Virus genome (UHGV): UHGV-1597594
Direction: 5' to 3' (one strand)
Origin: a virus
DNA length: 61,373 bases
The position numbers and the translations under genes were made by a program. Of this stretch, positions 36,501 to 45,556 are shown in pieces. The notes beneath the pieces are model-generated. The model was given only the letters and a program-made list of their open reading frames with translations. It did not search any database and was not told the DNA's origin. Position 1 is the first letter of the stretch. Each line of letters starts with the position of its first letter.

Positions 36501-37458
36501 TACCAGACAGTTCGGGCTTTGTGACCTTTGACTTGATTTTGATTTTGTTGATGCGACCAGGATTGATGAGTGCAATCTTATCTGTTTTGATGTCATTGTC
36601 AATTGTGATTGTATGATAATGCACAAGCTGCTCAAGTGGATGCCACTCTGCACCAATTCGCTTGTTGTCAATATCGATGTCAAGCAAGTTGTAGCCATGT
36701 TCTGCAGTGCCCTGTTGCATTGCAGTGTCATTCAACAAATAGTCGCCTTCACCAAAATCTCTGACAATTGGCGAGCCGCAGTATGTTAATGTCTTGGTGC
36801 CAGAAGTCCATATTGCATGTTTGTGAATATCACCCATTGCAACAAAGTTGCTGTGAAACTGTGTTGCATCTATACGACTGTCATTGTCACCACGAACAAT
36901 ACAATCATCAAAGTTGACACAATTCTTTACTGGGTCATGGAACAGCTCAATGACACACATTGATGACAATGCTGCAATCTGCGATTCATCAAGTGATGCC
37001 CAAGGCGAATATGTGCCACCAGACCACTTCTCATTTTGAGCCCACACAGCAGCAGCAAAACCAGGTGCAAGCAATTCAACTCTTGAGCTATTGATGTATT
37101 TGATTCGCTTATCATCAATTGCAGTCACAAGCTTATCAATACTGTCTGTCCACTGCATTTGTGAGCCATCACCAGCATCAAATGTGTTATCACGTTGCTT
37201 CAAATCATGATTGCCTGCAGTGATAACGATTTGAAGCTTGTCATTGACTTCAAGCATGCCTTTGAGCAACTTAACAAACAGCGACTCTTCAAGTGAATTG
37301 CTGTTCCAATGCTCAAACACATCACCAACAATAAACACTAGCTCAACTGACTTTGCTTTGTCAATCAGTTGTTTGTTGATATACTCGTATTCTACAAAAC
37401 GTCGTAAATGCCCTTGTCGAACATTATATTGAATGTCTGCTATGTGAAGTGCTTTCAT
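33532..37458 (-). CDS. fused SbcD/Mre11-like phosphoesterase and SbcC/Rad50-like ATPase (single 1308-aa polypeptide)
   Basis: ATG at 37458. N-terminal HIADIQYN, VGDVFEHW, ITAGNHD (calcineurin-like phosphoesterase motifs); then Walker A GNNGNGKTT, a long coiled-coil region and C-terminal ILLIDEISGKL (Walker B/D-loop). Confidence 0.8.
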   Translation of the reverse strand: MKALHIADIQYNVRQGHLRRFVEYEYINKQLIDKAKSVELVFIVGDVFEHWNSNSLEESLFVKLLKGMLEVNDKLQIVITAGNHDLKQRDNTFDAGDGSQMQWTDSIDKLVTAIDDKRIKYINSSRVELLAPGFAAAVWAQNEKWSGGTYSPWASLDESQIAALSSMCVIELFHDPVKNCVNFDDCIVRGDNDSRIDATQFHSNFVAMGDIHKHAIWTSGTKTLTYCGSPIVRDFGEGDYLLNDTAMQQGTAEHGYNLLDIDIDNKRIGAEWHPLEQLVHYHTITIDNDIKTDKIALINPGRINKIKIKSKVTKPELSGIVERIAQNLVSSYVVAAIDILYDSAVIDSINAVDANGDNLLQKVQTAEWLKDAALDWVNAYIERNAIVATEDAQQFVDMFKSLIDEQIDKLSFDTEVAKYVIQNVKANQFMALKDVDVSFDNLAQLTQVRGNNGNGKTTIFRLIKWLLTGFIDAGQSSAATKQNALTYFNDKLIDNESYDKLEASCVFVHVVAGQNVHYKLTRTLERKFKRGSRINADGSWRDNVSTVNETVQLVRLSDDYAVPQHEIKDTLYAIFGSIWELSRYVCINQTLLDQIIAMDSNSLNDWLLDTLGINTFVQLGNSNDAAKAALFDGLSKPALTDVAIKAELESLNTTCNELNDSLQLRQDNQKEWSAKLTKARAKVEELSKRLHQISADILTVEDATANIDSIVAKIRKVELDIAALALQDMSKLQTVKAQIEQQLTNIDNEANAAYTNVIASGSQLHNTYAELLTKQNELSAKVQKEVAHAELLYRTKLDESKLAYDAAKQHIDSVLINLGKSYNANTRAKIDALQKQIEDINTVQNALRTEVSAAKTNIDNVIDKQKQLENDKCPVCTNDLTSGTGQAYKLWLSTELAKLRQECAQKTEQFNENVVKIGNLKYEIEQLQATVIDVTDSNAIIAALNPAHKAAYDMHAEKLNDLQRTVVNAQRDLDAFIAQPIATAATLLEVEAVKTQIADITNQLADIKRKAEQAKQDVLQSKSAVESELAAINAELEIAQIEYDKKATYESALKQLEIDKTAAAFALEHAQQTQQHIAANAALQVDIDDAKQHETEANSKLLSINAEIATMQADLSANNVRIEALKKDLQASKKWNIANLVYNAYKQCTSKRGLVSYVFAAIATSLNVQLNDLLDSLNYRVFFDINDNNVLKMIDLMGSKSIRSVSQMSGMEGTFAGLAIVHLILTQRLNKVGNILLIDEISGKLSNGQIVGAEHDVNNINYQQVLMQLLTKLSAIRKTLIVDHVLQQDEFDSALTVVANTDGTSSIC

Positions 37459-37480
37459 ATTCTAAATGAGATTTAGATTA

Positions 37481-37550
37481 TATGTTGATATTGTACAACA
37501 TGCAAAATGCACTTGCATTTTGATGCAAAGTACAGTGTACACAACATGCA
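37481..37550 (-). promoter_or_regulatory. two tandem promoter-like motifs upstream of the SbcCD-like gene; the second is a diverged copy of the 44-bp repeat unit at 1-132
   Basis: tatatgttgatattgtacaacatgcaaaatgcac and tgatgcaaagtacagtgtacacaacatgca (28/30 identical to positions 1-30 of the repeat unit). Confidence 0.45.
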
Positions 37551-37555
37551 AAATG

Positions 37556-37903
37556 TCATTTTGCAAGCATTTTGCTGATTGCATCTATCACAGTTTCACT
37601 GAGCAAGTAGTAGACAACGCTTATCAGCAATGATATCAGTACTGCAGCTGTGATAAATTGCAACGCATTCATAATTGCACGCACAAATGTTATTTGCGTG
37701 TTGTATGCAAGCACTATGCAGCATAACATAATGATGATACACCACACTACAATTGCATATGCAGGCAGCAATGAATTTGTCCATATGCAGTACAATGCAG
37801 TAGTTAGCATCAAAAATGCTATTGCTCTGATGACTGACACAATGATGTCTATGTAGGGCTTCATTGCACGTAAATGAACTCTTGGCTTATGCGGTTTCAT
37901 CAT
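37556..37903 (-). CDS. small membrane protein
   Basis: 115-aa ORF, mostly hydrophobic. Confidence 0.5.
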   Translation of the reverse strand: MMKPHKPRVHLRAMKPYIDIIVSVIRAIAFLMLTTALYCIWTNSLLPAYAIVVWCIIIMLCCIVLAYNTQITFVRAIMNALQFITAAVLISLLISVVYYLLSETVIDAISKMLAK

Positions 37904-39132
37904 GACTTTATGTACAATTCTGCAAGTTGTCTGGTGTACAGTCGTGGATTATGATATGCTTTCCAATATGCAGTAGACTTTATTGCAGCAAGAATCTCAT
38001 CATAATGTTTGACTGCTTCTGCTACAACTTCATCAAGCACGCTCAAATCTTCTACACTGACAAGCAACCATTTTTCTACAATATCAATGAACTCCTGATT
38101 GCAATTGAAGCCATACTTGTAGTTGCAAGTGTCAAGTACAAGTGGAATGCAATCATTTGTCAATGCTTCAAAAAATCTACGAAGACTGAAACAATTCTCA
38201 TCATATGATGGAATGCTTAATGTAAACTTGGCAGTCTTGATGAGTTGCAAATACTCTTCATATGGAATCAGAGGACCATTGTGCTTCCACTGATTGTTAT
38301 GTCGTCTTGTTGTGTACTTGAACAAAAACTTTGAACTGTCAAGCTCACAAAGATGGTCCATGCGTAAAATGTAGTTATAGCGGTCTCTTCTATCAGGCCA
38401 ACTGTCAGTCATTGCAAACACAAAGTCTCTTTGCTTGTCACATTTTGCTGACATGCCTCTATGCTGACACATGCAATACCAATATTGCTGTGATGGACTG
38501 AACTCGAATTTTGAGTGATGTTCGCTTCCATCTTTGCATTGTTGAACGTAAATATTGTCAGGCACAAAGTGAAAATAGAAGTGTCGAATTTGCAAGCCGT
38601 CAATGTAGTCAAGCTTATGCTGCAATGGGTCTTCACAGAAATTGTAACATTGAATGTGCTTTACTGCTGCATACTCAGCAACTATGAATGTGCACATCCA
38701 TTGCAATGCAATATCTTCACTTTTCAAAAAGTCTACAAGCGGTTCGTTTGGATGCGCTTTGCATTCATTGAACATTTTGTACCACTTGCACTGCTCCATA
38801 TCGTACTTTGAGACTGTATTGCCATTAAAGAATGACACAGTGTCAATTTTGAATGCATCAAGCTGTTTATGCACAATGTCAAGTGCTTGTGCATATGTGA
38901 TTGTCTCATCAGACATTATCTGCGCAAACTTGATTGGATATGCATGCAAATTTGCGATAGTGTCTGCTGACATTTTACGCTGTGTATGATAATCGACATA
39001 CAAAAACTGACATTTATCTGTAAGCAATTCAAGCATTGCTACAGATTTCCATCGAATTGCTTGAAAGAAATTGAAGTGCGCAGTTTGAAAAATGAGATGC
39101 GTAGGCTTGTCAGAATGAGTCAAAGTTTGCAT
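37900..39132 (-). CDS. GT-B-fold glycosyltransferase-like protein (paralog X1)
   Basis: ATG at 39132 (track start 39138 is TTG). C-terminal PSYDENCFSLRRFFEALTNDCIPLV fits the GT-B/GT4 signature PSxxExxxxxxxxEAxxxGxPxV; EDPLQHKLDYIDG and SPSQQYWY are shared with CDS 42133-43689. Confidence 0.6.
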   Translation of the reverse strand: MQTLTHSDKPTHLIFQTAHFNFFQAIRWKSVAMLELLTDKCQFLYVDYHTQRKMSADTIANLHAYPIKFAQIMSDETITYAQALDIVHKQLDAFKIDTVSFFNGNTVSKYDMEQCKWYKMFNECKAHPNEPLVDFLKSEDIALQWMCTFIVAEYAAVKHIQCYNFCEDPLQHKLDYIDGLQIRHFYFHFVPDNIYVQQCKDGSEHHSKFEFSPSQQYWYCMCQHRGMSAKCDKQRDFVFAMTDSWPDRRDRYNYILRMDHLCELDSSKFLFKYTTRRHNNQWKHNGPLIPYEEYLQLIKTAKFTLSIPSYDENCFSLRRFFEALTNDCIPLVLDTCNYKYGFNCNQEFIDIVEKWLLVSVEDLSVLDEVVAEAVKHYDEILAAIKSTAYWKAYHNPRLYTRQLAELYIKS

Positions 39133-40295
39133 GGACAAATGTCGCAGTTATGTTGATGTTTGTGTTTATTTATGAAGTCATATGTCACTGCAAAAAAGTG
39201 CTTTGCAATGTCATATCGAGTTTTCAAATATGACGCTTGGCGTTCACAAAACGCTGCATAAATGTCTGGGTGTTGTTTGAATGCAGCAATGCGTTGCTGT
39301 ACTTGTTCTGCAGAATGTACATATGACACTTTGCTCAAATATGCATCATCTGCAAATAATCGTCTGTCTTTGTCAACTGCGCAATCAACAAAAGTTGCAA
39401 TTCGTGCAACAATGGCTTCACCAACACGATTTGGCATCAACCCATATTGCTCATATTGTTGGTCACCAATAGCAATGTGTGCTGCTGCATATGACATTGC
39501 ATATGGCACACTATAAAATGGCACGCTAAAATCAAATGAGCAATTTGACTGTAGTAGTTGCGCTTGTGCATCAGACAATCTACTTGTCAAGTTGCCTGTA
39601 TGTTTGTGCTCACCAAGAAAACTTGAGCGACAACCTGAATCTACATAGTATCGAATGACTTTGTTTATGCGACTGTCAGATAGCATATGCCAATCTCTTG
39701 TAGCATATATCAAGTCTACTGTTTTTGCACCAATATGACGAGGCTCTATCGCAACATTGCTGTACGTTGGTAGCATGAACAATGGCAGCCATTTGACATT
39801 GTTGAACACTGAATGCTCATTTGACAAATTCATGCACTGGCTAAGTTCAAGTACTGGCTCATCATACACGCCATGTAGCTCAACTCTGCCTGCATGCACA
39901 AAGTTGACACGCTTAAATGGGAATCGCATGTCAGTACAAATTGTCATTCTTGCTGCAGTAGACATTCGCCACATAGCATGCAGCTTAACAACTGCTTCTG
40001 CTTGAGGTCGAGGCAACATATTTAGCAAATCAATCCAGCCACCCCACAAAATCCAAACATCATTTGAACAGATGTTGAATTGCAAACTCAATATGTCTTC
40101 TACTGTTGCAGCAATGATGTCATGCCCATTGATGCTTGCAAGGTGCTTTCGTTGATTTGCAATAAGAATGACTTGGCTGAATGGAGACTCTGGAAATGAC
40201 ACAAGCGCTTTTGCAAACAACACGGGTTCTTGCGACACCAAGTTGTTTGAGTATGGGTCGATTATGCAATCAAGCTTGTGTATGAAGAGTCTCAT
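39120..40295 (-). CDS. hypothetical protein (paralog Y1 of 43686-44855)
   Basis: 391 aa; shares AHIAIGDQQYEQYGLMPNRVGEAIV with LVVGDSLYVQAGLLPNRWVEGVL of CDS 43686-44855. Confidence 0.55.
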   Translation of the reverse strand: MRLFIHKLDCIIDPYSNNLVSQEPVLFAKALVSFPESPFSQVILIANQRKHLASINGHDIIAATVEDILSLQFNICSNDVWILWGGWIDLLNMLPRPQAEAVVKLHAMWRMSTAARMTICTDMRFPFKRVNFVHAGRVELHGVYDEPVLELSQCMNLSNEHSVFNNVKWLPLFMLPTYSNVAIEPRHIGAKTVDLIYATRDWHMLSDSRINKVIRYYVDSGCRSSFLGEHKHTGNLTSRLSDAQAQLLQSNCSFDFSVPFYSVPYAMSYAAAHIAIGDQQYEQYGLMPNRVGEAIVARIATFVDCAVDKDRRLFADDAYLSKVSYVHSAEQVQQRIAAFKQHPDIYAAFCERQASYLKTRYDIAKHFFAVTYDFINKHKHQHNCDICPCKL

Positions 40296-41026
40296 TTTGC
40301 AGATGATTCAAAAAATTTGTAGACATCGCAGTTAGCAATGTGGTCATTCCAAGCATCTTCAGAGTCTGCAACAAAGCCACAATGACAGCGTTTTGGTTGC
40401 CAAACTGGTTCAACTACTGCAGGCATTGCTTCTTCAATAGTGTTTGCAGGTTCATTATCTGCTGGCAATACTTCAACGTCTTCAACTTGTGCTGCATCTT
40501 GTTGTGTACGCTGCTCAATGACATTGCCCTCAAAGTCAAACTGAATGCCAGCTTGTTCTGCTTTTGTACGATTGTTACGAGCTACGAACAAATACGCAAA
40601 GATGAATTCGACAAGCGCTATAGCAAGTGACTTCAATGCATTGACAAGAAGCATGATGCCAGTTGATAAGTGACCATCAAAGCTCAAAAATACGAACACA
40701 CATGTAAAGCATGACATAAACACTGCAATCAGTGGAATGTTCTTGTATTTTGGCAACAAATCAGAGTTGACTGACGTAAGCAACACAACGAATTGATAGC
40801 CTATCGCAAGCCAATGGTCGCCAAACACTGCATAGATATGCGTAGTGATGCCAATAAGAAATGTGATAGTCACAATCATAATGAGCAACACACTTGTCAG
40901 AAAGTCTGCAATAGAATTGCTGAGCTTGTCATACCAGTGTTTGTTGACAATTGATGTGTTGGCTACGCGCACTTTACTAAGTGCATCTATGCCGCTTTTG
41001 ATATTTGATTGTGCTTTCATACACAT
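40292..41026 (-). CDS. polytopic membrane protein
   Basis: 244 aa with at least four hydrophobic segments and a Cys/His-containing C-terminal tail. Confidence 0.55.
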   Translation of the reverse strand: MCMKAQSNIKSGIDALSKVRVANTSIVNKHWYDKLSNSIADFLTSVLLIMIVTITFLIGITTHIYAVFGDHWLAIGYQFVVLLTSVNSDLLPKYKNIPLIAVFMSCFTCVFVFLSFDGHLSTGIMLLVNALKSLAIALVEFIFAYLFVARNNRTKAEQAGIQFDFEGNVIEQRTQQDAAQVEDVEVLPADNEPANTIEEAMPAVVEPVWQPKRCHCGFVADSEDAWNDHIANCDVYKFFESSAK

Positions 41027-41514
41027 ATAACGTTATATCATATCTACACACAAAGCAAATGCTACTGCAAGTGCAGCCATAATTGCATATATGACTATTG
41101 ATGCAGTATAATCTGATTCAGGATTCCACTTATCAGGTGTGTTAAGCTTGTGATACTTGTCTCGTCTCATCTTGAGTCAAAAAATGATGGCTGCTGCTAC
41201 ATTTTGTGAAATCATGTGCAGCAGCCATCTGGCAGGTTTCTTGCTTTGTAAAGCTTGGATAGAGGATGGATTTTATATGTTGATATTGTACAACATATAT
41301 TGTCATTTTGCACAGTCTGATGCAATCAAATCTTTGTCAAAACATTCATCTATAATGTCTTCAATAAGATACGCTTCGACATTGTTAAGCTTCAAGATAT
41401 CTACGAGTTTTGCTTTGATATCGCAAGCTAATGCAGATTCAACTGTATGCAATATGACTGATGATGCGACATGCTTGTCTGTCATCATTTGTAATTGCTG
41501 TGGTGTTACTCTAC

Positions 41515-42087
41515 TCATGCACCAAGTTCAGCTAAGCATTTCAACACATTGTCTTGCAGACTTACATTATTGTCGATTTCGACAATATGCAATGGTGAGT
41601 TCTTTCGCCACTCATCATATGCAGCAATCATTTCATTGCGTTTGCTGACATCAATGTTGACATTACCACAAAAGTTATCGACAAAATCTGGTGCGACATC
41701 ACGCTTGCATAAGAACACTACATGCGGCAATGTTGCAAGCTTCTTTTCATATGCTTCAAAGAATGCTTGATGCTTATCAGTGTGCAACTCTTTGTAAAGC
41801 GTTGTGTTGAAGATTTGATGTGTGATGAACGAACGGTCACACAAAAATGTTGCTTTGTCAAAGCCTTGAGAGTCATTTCCAATGAACTCTAAGAAGAAGC
41901 GCCAATCATAAAAGAACGCTTCATTGAGGTCCCAAGGTTCGGGCATTGGGTCATCACCTGACTCATGCTGTTGCCACCAAGAACGAGATGTTCGTTTGCA
42001 ATTGATAAACCATGGGCGCCACTTCATCAATTCATTGATGAGTGTTGTTTTGCCTGAAGCTTCTACACCTTCAAATATTGCTATCAT
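41515..42087 (-). CDS. thymidylate-kinase-like P-loop dNMP kinase
   Basis: ATG at 42087. N-terminus MIAIFEGVEASGKTT matches the Tmk P-loop (IxxEGxxGxGKTT). Confidence 0.7.
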   Translation of the reverse strand: MIAIFEGVEASGKTTLINELMKWRPWFINCKRTSRSWWQQHESGDDPMPEPWDLNEAFFYDWRFFLEFIGNDSQGFDKATFLCDRSFITHQIFNTTLYKELHTDKHQAFFEAYEKKLATLPHVVFLCKRDVAPDFVDNFCGNVNIDVSKRNEMIAAYDEWRKNSPLHIVEIDNNVSLQDNVLKCLAELGA

Positions 42088-42132
42088 TGTGTATTATGTT
42101 TGATTTTTGATTACAGTACAACGTAGTTATGC

Positions 42133-43689
42133 TCATTGCACTTCTACGAATGGCTCTTTCAACACAAAGCTGTCACCATTGCAACATGCGGCTGAGCAAT
42201 CGTCTGCATCAAGTGCACATGACATATCAGACTTACAGAACTTGCAATATGAACATGACCATGCATGACTCATAAAGTCGTTTGCTTCACAAATTACACA
42301 GCGCTCATGTGAAAGTGTATTGTCGCAATTGTCACAAGACTTTTTGATTGGCACATCTTTATTGATATATGCAAGATGCAATGCAATATCATACACAAAG
42401 TCGCCCGTATATTGCTGAATGAAATCAGTGTGCCACAGTTCTTTCAATAATTGCGCATGTCTGTATGGCTGAACAATGTCTTCAAGATGCTGCAAGTCAT
42501 CATCGCTAACCATGAGCTTCTTAATGACAAACTGTTTGAACTGTGGCCATCTGTCAAACATATAGAGTTTGCATGAGTTGTGCACAAGTGGAACACAGCC
42601 AAGCACAATGCTTTCACAGAATCTACGCAAACTAAAACAGTTTGCATCATATGACGGCACAATCAATGTGAATCTGCTATGCTTGATGAGTTCAAGGTAT
42701 GTGTCATATGGCAGTAGCTTATCTGACAATTGCTGTTGTTGTTTGTCTCTGCTGAAAAATCTGAACACAATGCCTTTGTCAATTGCATCTTGATTGTGTA
42801 GATGCATGAGTTTGCTGATGAGTTCTGTGCGTTCAGTTTTGTCTCGCCAAGTATTCGTCAATGCAAATGCAAAATTTAGTCGCTTGTCATCAAATGTCGC
42901 TTCAATGTCATTCCAAGTTTTGCCATGCAAATACCAGTATTGCTGTGATGGACACCATCCATAGTATGCGACAGCATCTTGTTCTGCTGTAACGTCGTAC
43001 ACATATGCAGAATTGTATTCAAGACCAAGCTTTTTGACATTGTTGCAGTCATGAAAATACCAATGCTGCACTTTGAATATCTTTGATGCACTGAATGCGC
43101 TTTCATATGGCCCTGAATAGCGATAGTCAATGTAATTGAGCTTGTGCTGCAATGGGTCTTCGACAAAGTTGTTTATGACTGTGCCTTGTTGTTTGTCCTT
43201 AGTCTTGCGAGCATTCAATGCAACATTGTATTGCATGATGACTGACAGCATCTCATACACTACATACATGAGTGCTTTGTAGACTGAGCCTGCTGCGTCA
43301 ATTAGTGGCAAATCACGTTTGACTGATGTAGCACCAAATGTCTTGCAATATGCAGAAAATGTGTCAAGTTCTGCTTGCTGAAATGAATTGCATGCACCAT
43401 TGAATATGTTGAATGTTGCAATGTAGCTCATATTGCAAGACGTCATTGACATATCAAGACGCTTCATAATGTCGACAATGCGACATTGAGCAAAATCTGA
43501 CACATCAACATATTTGACATGATGGCATGATGTAGTCAAGCCATCTGCGACATCTTTCATCTGTGGCACAAAGCCTATAACAATGAACAAGTCATCTTTG
43601 TTTGCTCGTTCAAACATTGCTGCACTTTTCCAAGTCAATGAATTGAAAAAGTCTATGTAGCCAGTTTGAGTGATGATATGTGTTCTCAT
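42133..43689 (-). CDS. GT-B-fold glycosyltransferase-like protein (paralog X2) with Cys-rich C-terminal extension
   Basis: ATG at 43689. PSYDANCFSLRRFCESIVLGCVPLV signature; about 80 extra C-terminal residues with 14 Cys. Confidence 0.6.
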   Translation of the reverse strand: MRTHIITQTGYIDFFNSLTWKSAAMFERANKDDLFIVIGFVPQMKDVADGLTTSCHHVKYVDVSDFAQCRIVDIMKRLDMSMTSCNMSYIATFNIFNGACNSFQQAELDTFSAYCKTFGATSVKRDLPLIDAAGSVYKALMYVVYEMLSVIMQYNVALNARKTKDKQQGTVINNFVEDPLQHKLNYIDYRYSGPYESAFSASKIFKVQHWYFHDCNNVKKLGLEYNSAYVYDVTAEQDAVAYYGWCPSQQYWYLHGKTWNDIEATFDDKRLNFAFALTNTWRDKTERTELISKLMHLHNQDAIDKGIVFRFFSRDKQQQQLSDKLLPYDTYLELIKHSRFTLIVPSYDANCFSLRRFCESIVLGCVPLVHNSCKLYMFDRWPQFKQFVIKKLMVSDDDLQHLEDIVQPYRHAQLLKELWHTDFIQQYTGDFVYDIALHLAYINKDVPIKKSCDNCDNTLSHERCVICEANDFMSHAWSCSYCKFCKSDMSCALDADDCSAACCNGDSFVLKEPFVEVQ

Positions 43690-44855
43690 GATTTGAATGT
43701 TTGTTCAAGAATAGTGTAACACTGCACAATCATTGCTGCAAGAGCTTTTTGCTGTGCTTGTTTGCAATCATCAAAATTTGTGGGCGCGGTGCGTACGCGT
43801 GTTTTGCTATTAAGTGTTGCAAATGTCGCGTAGTCATTGAAGTCTACGATATCAGCAAATATGGCGCTTGGCTCATAATCTACAAGTATATTGCAGCAAT
43901 TTGCAAGTACGCCTTCAACCCATCGATTTGGCAGCAAGCCTGCTTGCACATACAATGAATCACCAACTACAAGATTGTACGCGGACCTCGACATTACATG
44001 AGGCATTGCATCATATGCGACTTTGTATTTAAGTGTAAAGTTTGGCGCTGCTGATTTAACCGCAGACAAAATTGTGTCATCAAGATATGATGTTATGAGA
44101 CATGTGTCGCACATATGTATGACAAATTGTTCAATCACACTTCTACGATACTCGTCAAGATATGTGAAACCTGCACAACTTGCACAGCATGCATATTGCT
44201 GCTTTATGTCAGCAAAGCTAAGCACATGAGCTTCAATTGCATTTTGCATCGTTGCTTGTCGTTTGAGCAATCTTGGCTCTTTAATGCATTGAAGCTTCAA
44301 TGCATTGACTGCTGCAATGATTTGCAATGGCACAAACACGCATTGAGACTCATCAAGCCAAGCATACTTGAGATTTTTATGTTGACACAGATGCGTAATG
44401 TAGTCTTTTTGCGATTCTAAGTACTCTTTGTAATTGTGCAATCGCTTTGTCAATGTGCACTCTTTACCAAAATCAAATCGCAAATCAGTTGTTAGCGTAA
44501 ATTTGCGAACATTTGACAAACACCATGCTTTGAACGCATTCCACAGAACATCTTGCTGAAATTCTGAGCAATGCTCAAGAGCAGCCTTTGAGCCCTGCCA
44601 GAATATTGCGCAATCATCTGATTTTGCACACTTCAGCATATCTTGCCATGCATGTATGTTATTGATAATATGCACGTTATCATAATACACAAGCTCTTCA
44701 AGTATTGCATGCTTGTTCTCAGGGTCGCCAAACACGTACACTGCATCAAACATTGTTTGAACAAACCCTGCAAATGCAATGGGTTCTGTATGTTTAAGAT
44801 GCTGTATGTCTGAACGCACACATGTGTCAAATTTCAAAATGAAGAGTTTGCTCAT
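43686..44855 (-). CDS. hypothetical protein (paralog Y2)
   Basis: ATG at 44855, preceded by the promoter-like box at 44875-44895; homologous to CDS 39120-40295. Confidence 0.55.
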   Translation of the reverse strand: MSKLFILKFDTCVRSDIQHLKHTEPIAFAGFVQTMFDAVYVFGDPENKHAILEELVYYDNVHIINNIHAWQDMLKCAKSDDCAIFWQGSKAALEHCSEFQQDVLWNAFKAWCLSNVRKFTLTTDLRFDFGKECTLTKRLHNYKEYLESQKDYITHLCQHKNLKYAWLDESQCVFVPLQIIAAVNALKLQCIKEPRLLKRQATMQNAIEAHVLSFADIKQQYACCASCAGFTYLDEYRRSVIEQFVIHMCDTCLITSYLDDTILSAVKSAAPNFTLKYKVAYDAMPHVMSRSAYNLVVGDSLYVQAGLLPNRWVEGVLANCCNILVDYEPSAIFADIVDFNDYATFATLNSKTRVRTAPTNFDDCKQAQQKALAAMIVQCYTILEQTFKS

Positions 44856-45552
44856 ATGCTTTGCAATTATCTATTACATGTTGATATTGTACTTCATCTA
44901 TGATGTGATTTGCAATGACACCATATGAAGTGTCATACATTGGCATCTTCTCATATGACAATGCTGCATCAAGATTGCATATCACATAATTGCAATGCAC
45001 AATGTCATCTACATTGTCACTAACTGCTACGATATTGACACACTTTGCAAGAAATGCATCATCAAAGTCTACTTGATTGCATGCAACCTCATAATCTGCA
45101 GCGCTTCTTGGGTACCAATATAACTCAATGCCTGCACTGCTAAGTAGTCGCAAGCCATCTATGTGATGATACAAGTCAATAAAATGCACTTGCTTAACAC
45201 CTGCTTGCAAAATAAGCTTTGCGCAATCAATGCATGGACTATATGTTACATACAACACAGCATCGTTTGCAGTCGCATTGCCATATTTGCACAGCTTCAT
45301 CAATGCATTTGATTCTGCATGCAAAACTTCTTTGTTGGTTTTGATGCCAGCTGAAGTATCATGTTCGCAACAATTTGACATACCAGTTGGCATGCCATTG
45401 TAGCCATCTGAAATTATGCGGCTGTCTTTTACAAGCAATGCGCCAACTTTTGCTCTCTGAGCATGTGAATTCAATGACCAAAGCTCAGCCATTTTAAGAT
45501 ATATGAGATTTCGTTGAAACCACTTCGTTTCAGACCAAGTCAGCCATTTCAT
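44827..45552 (-). CDS. dCMP deaminase (cytidine/deoxycytidylate deaminase zinc-binding family)
   Basis: ATG at 45552. HAESNAL (H-A-E) and YSPCIDCAKLI (PCxxC) zinc-ligand motifs. Confidence 0.8.
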   Translation of the reverse strand: MKWLTWSETKWFQRNLIYLKMAELWSLNSHAQRAKVGALLVKDSRIISDGYNGMPTGMSNCCEHDTSAGIKTNKEVLHAESNALMKLCKYGNATANDAVLYVTYSPCIDCAKLILQAGVKQVHFIDLYHHIDGLRLLSSAGIELYWYPRSAADYEVACNQVDFDDAFLAKCVNIVAVSDNVDDIVHCNYVICNLDAALSYEKMPMYDTSYGVIANHIIDEVQYQHVIDNCKAYEQTLHFEI

Positions 45553-45556
45553 GTGT

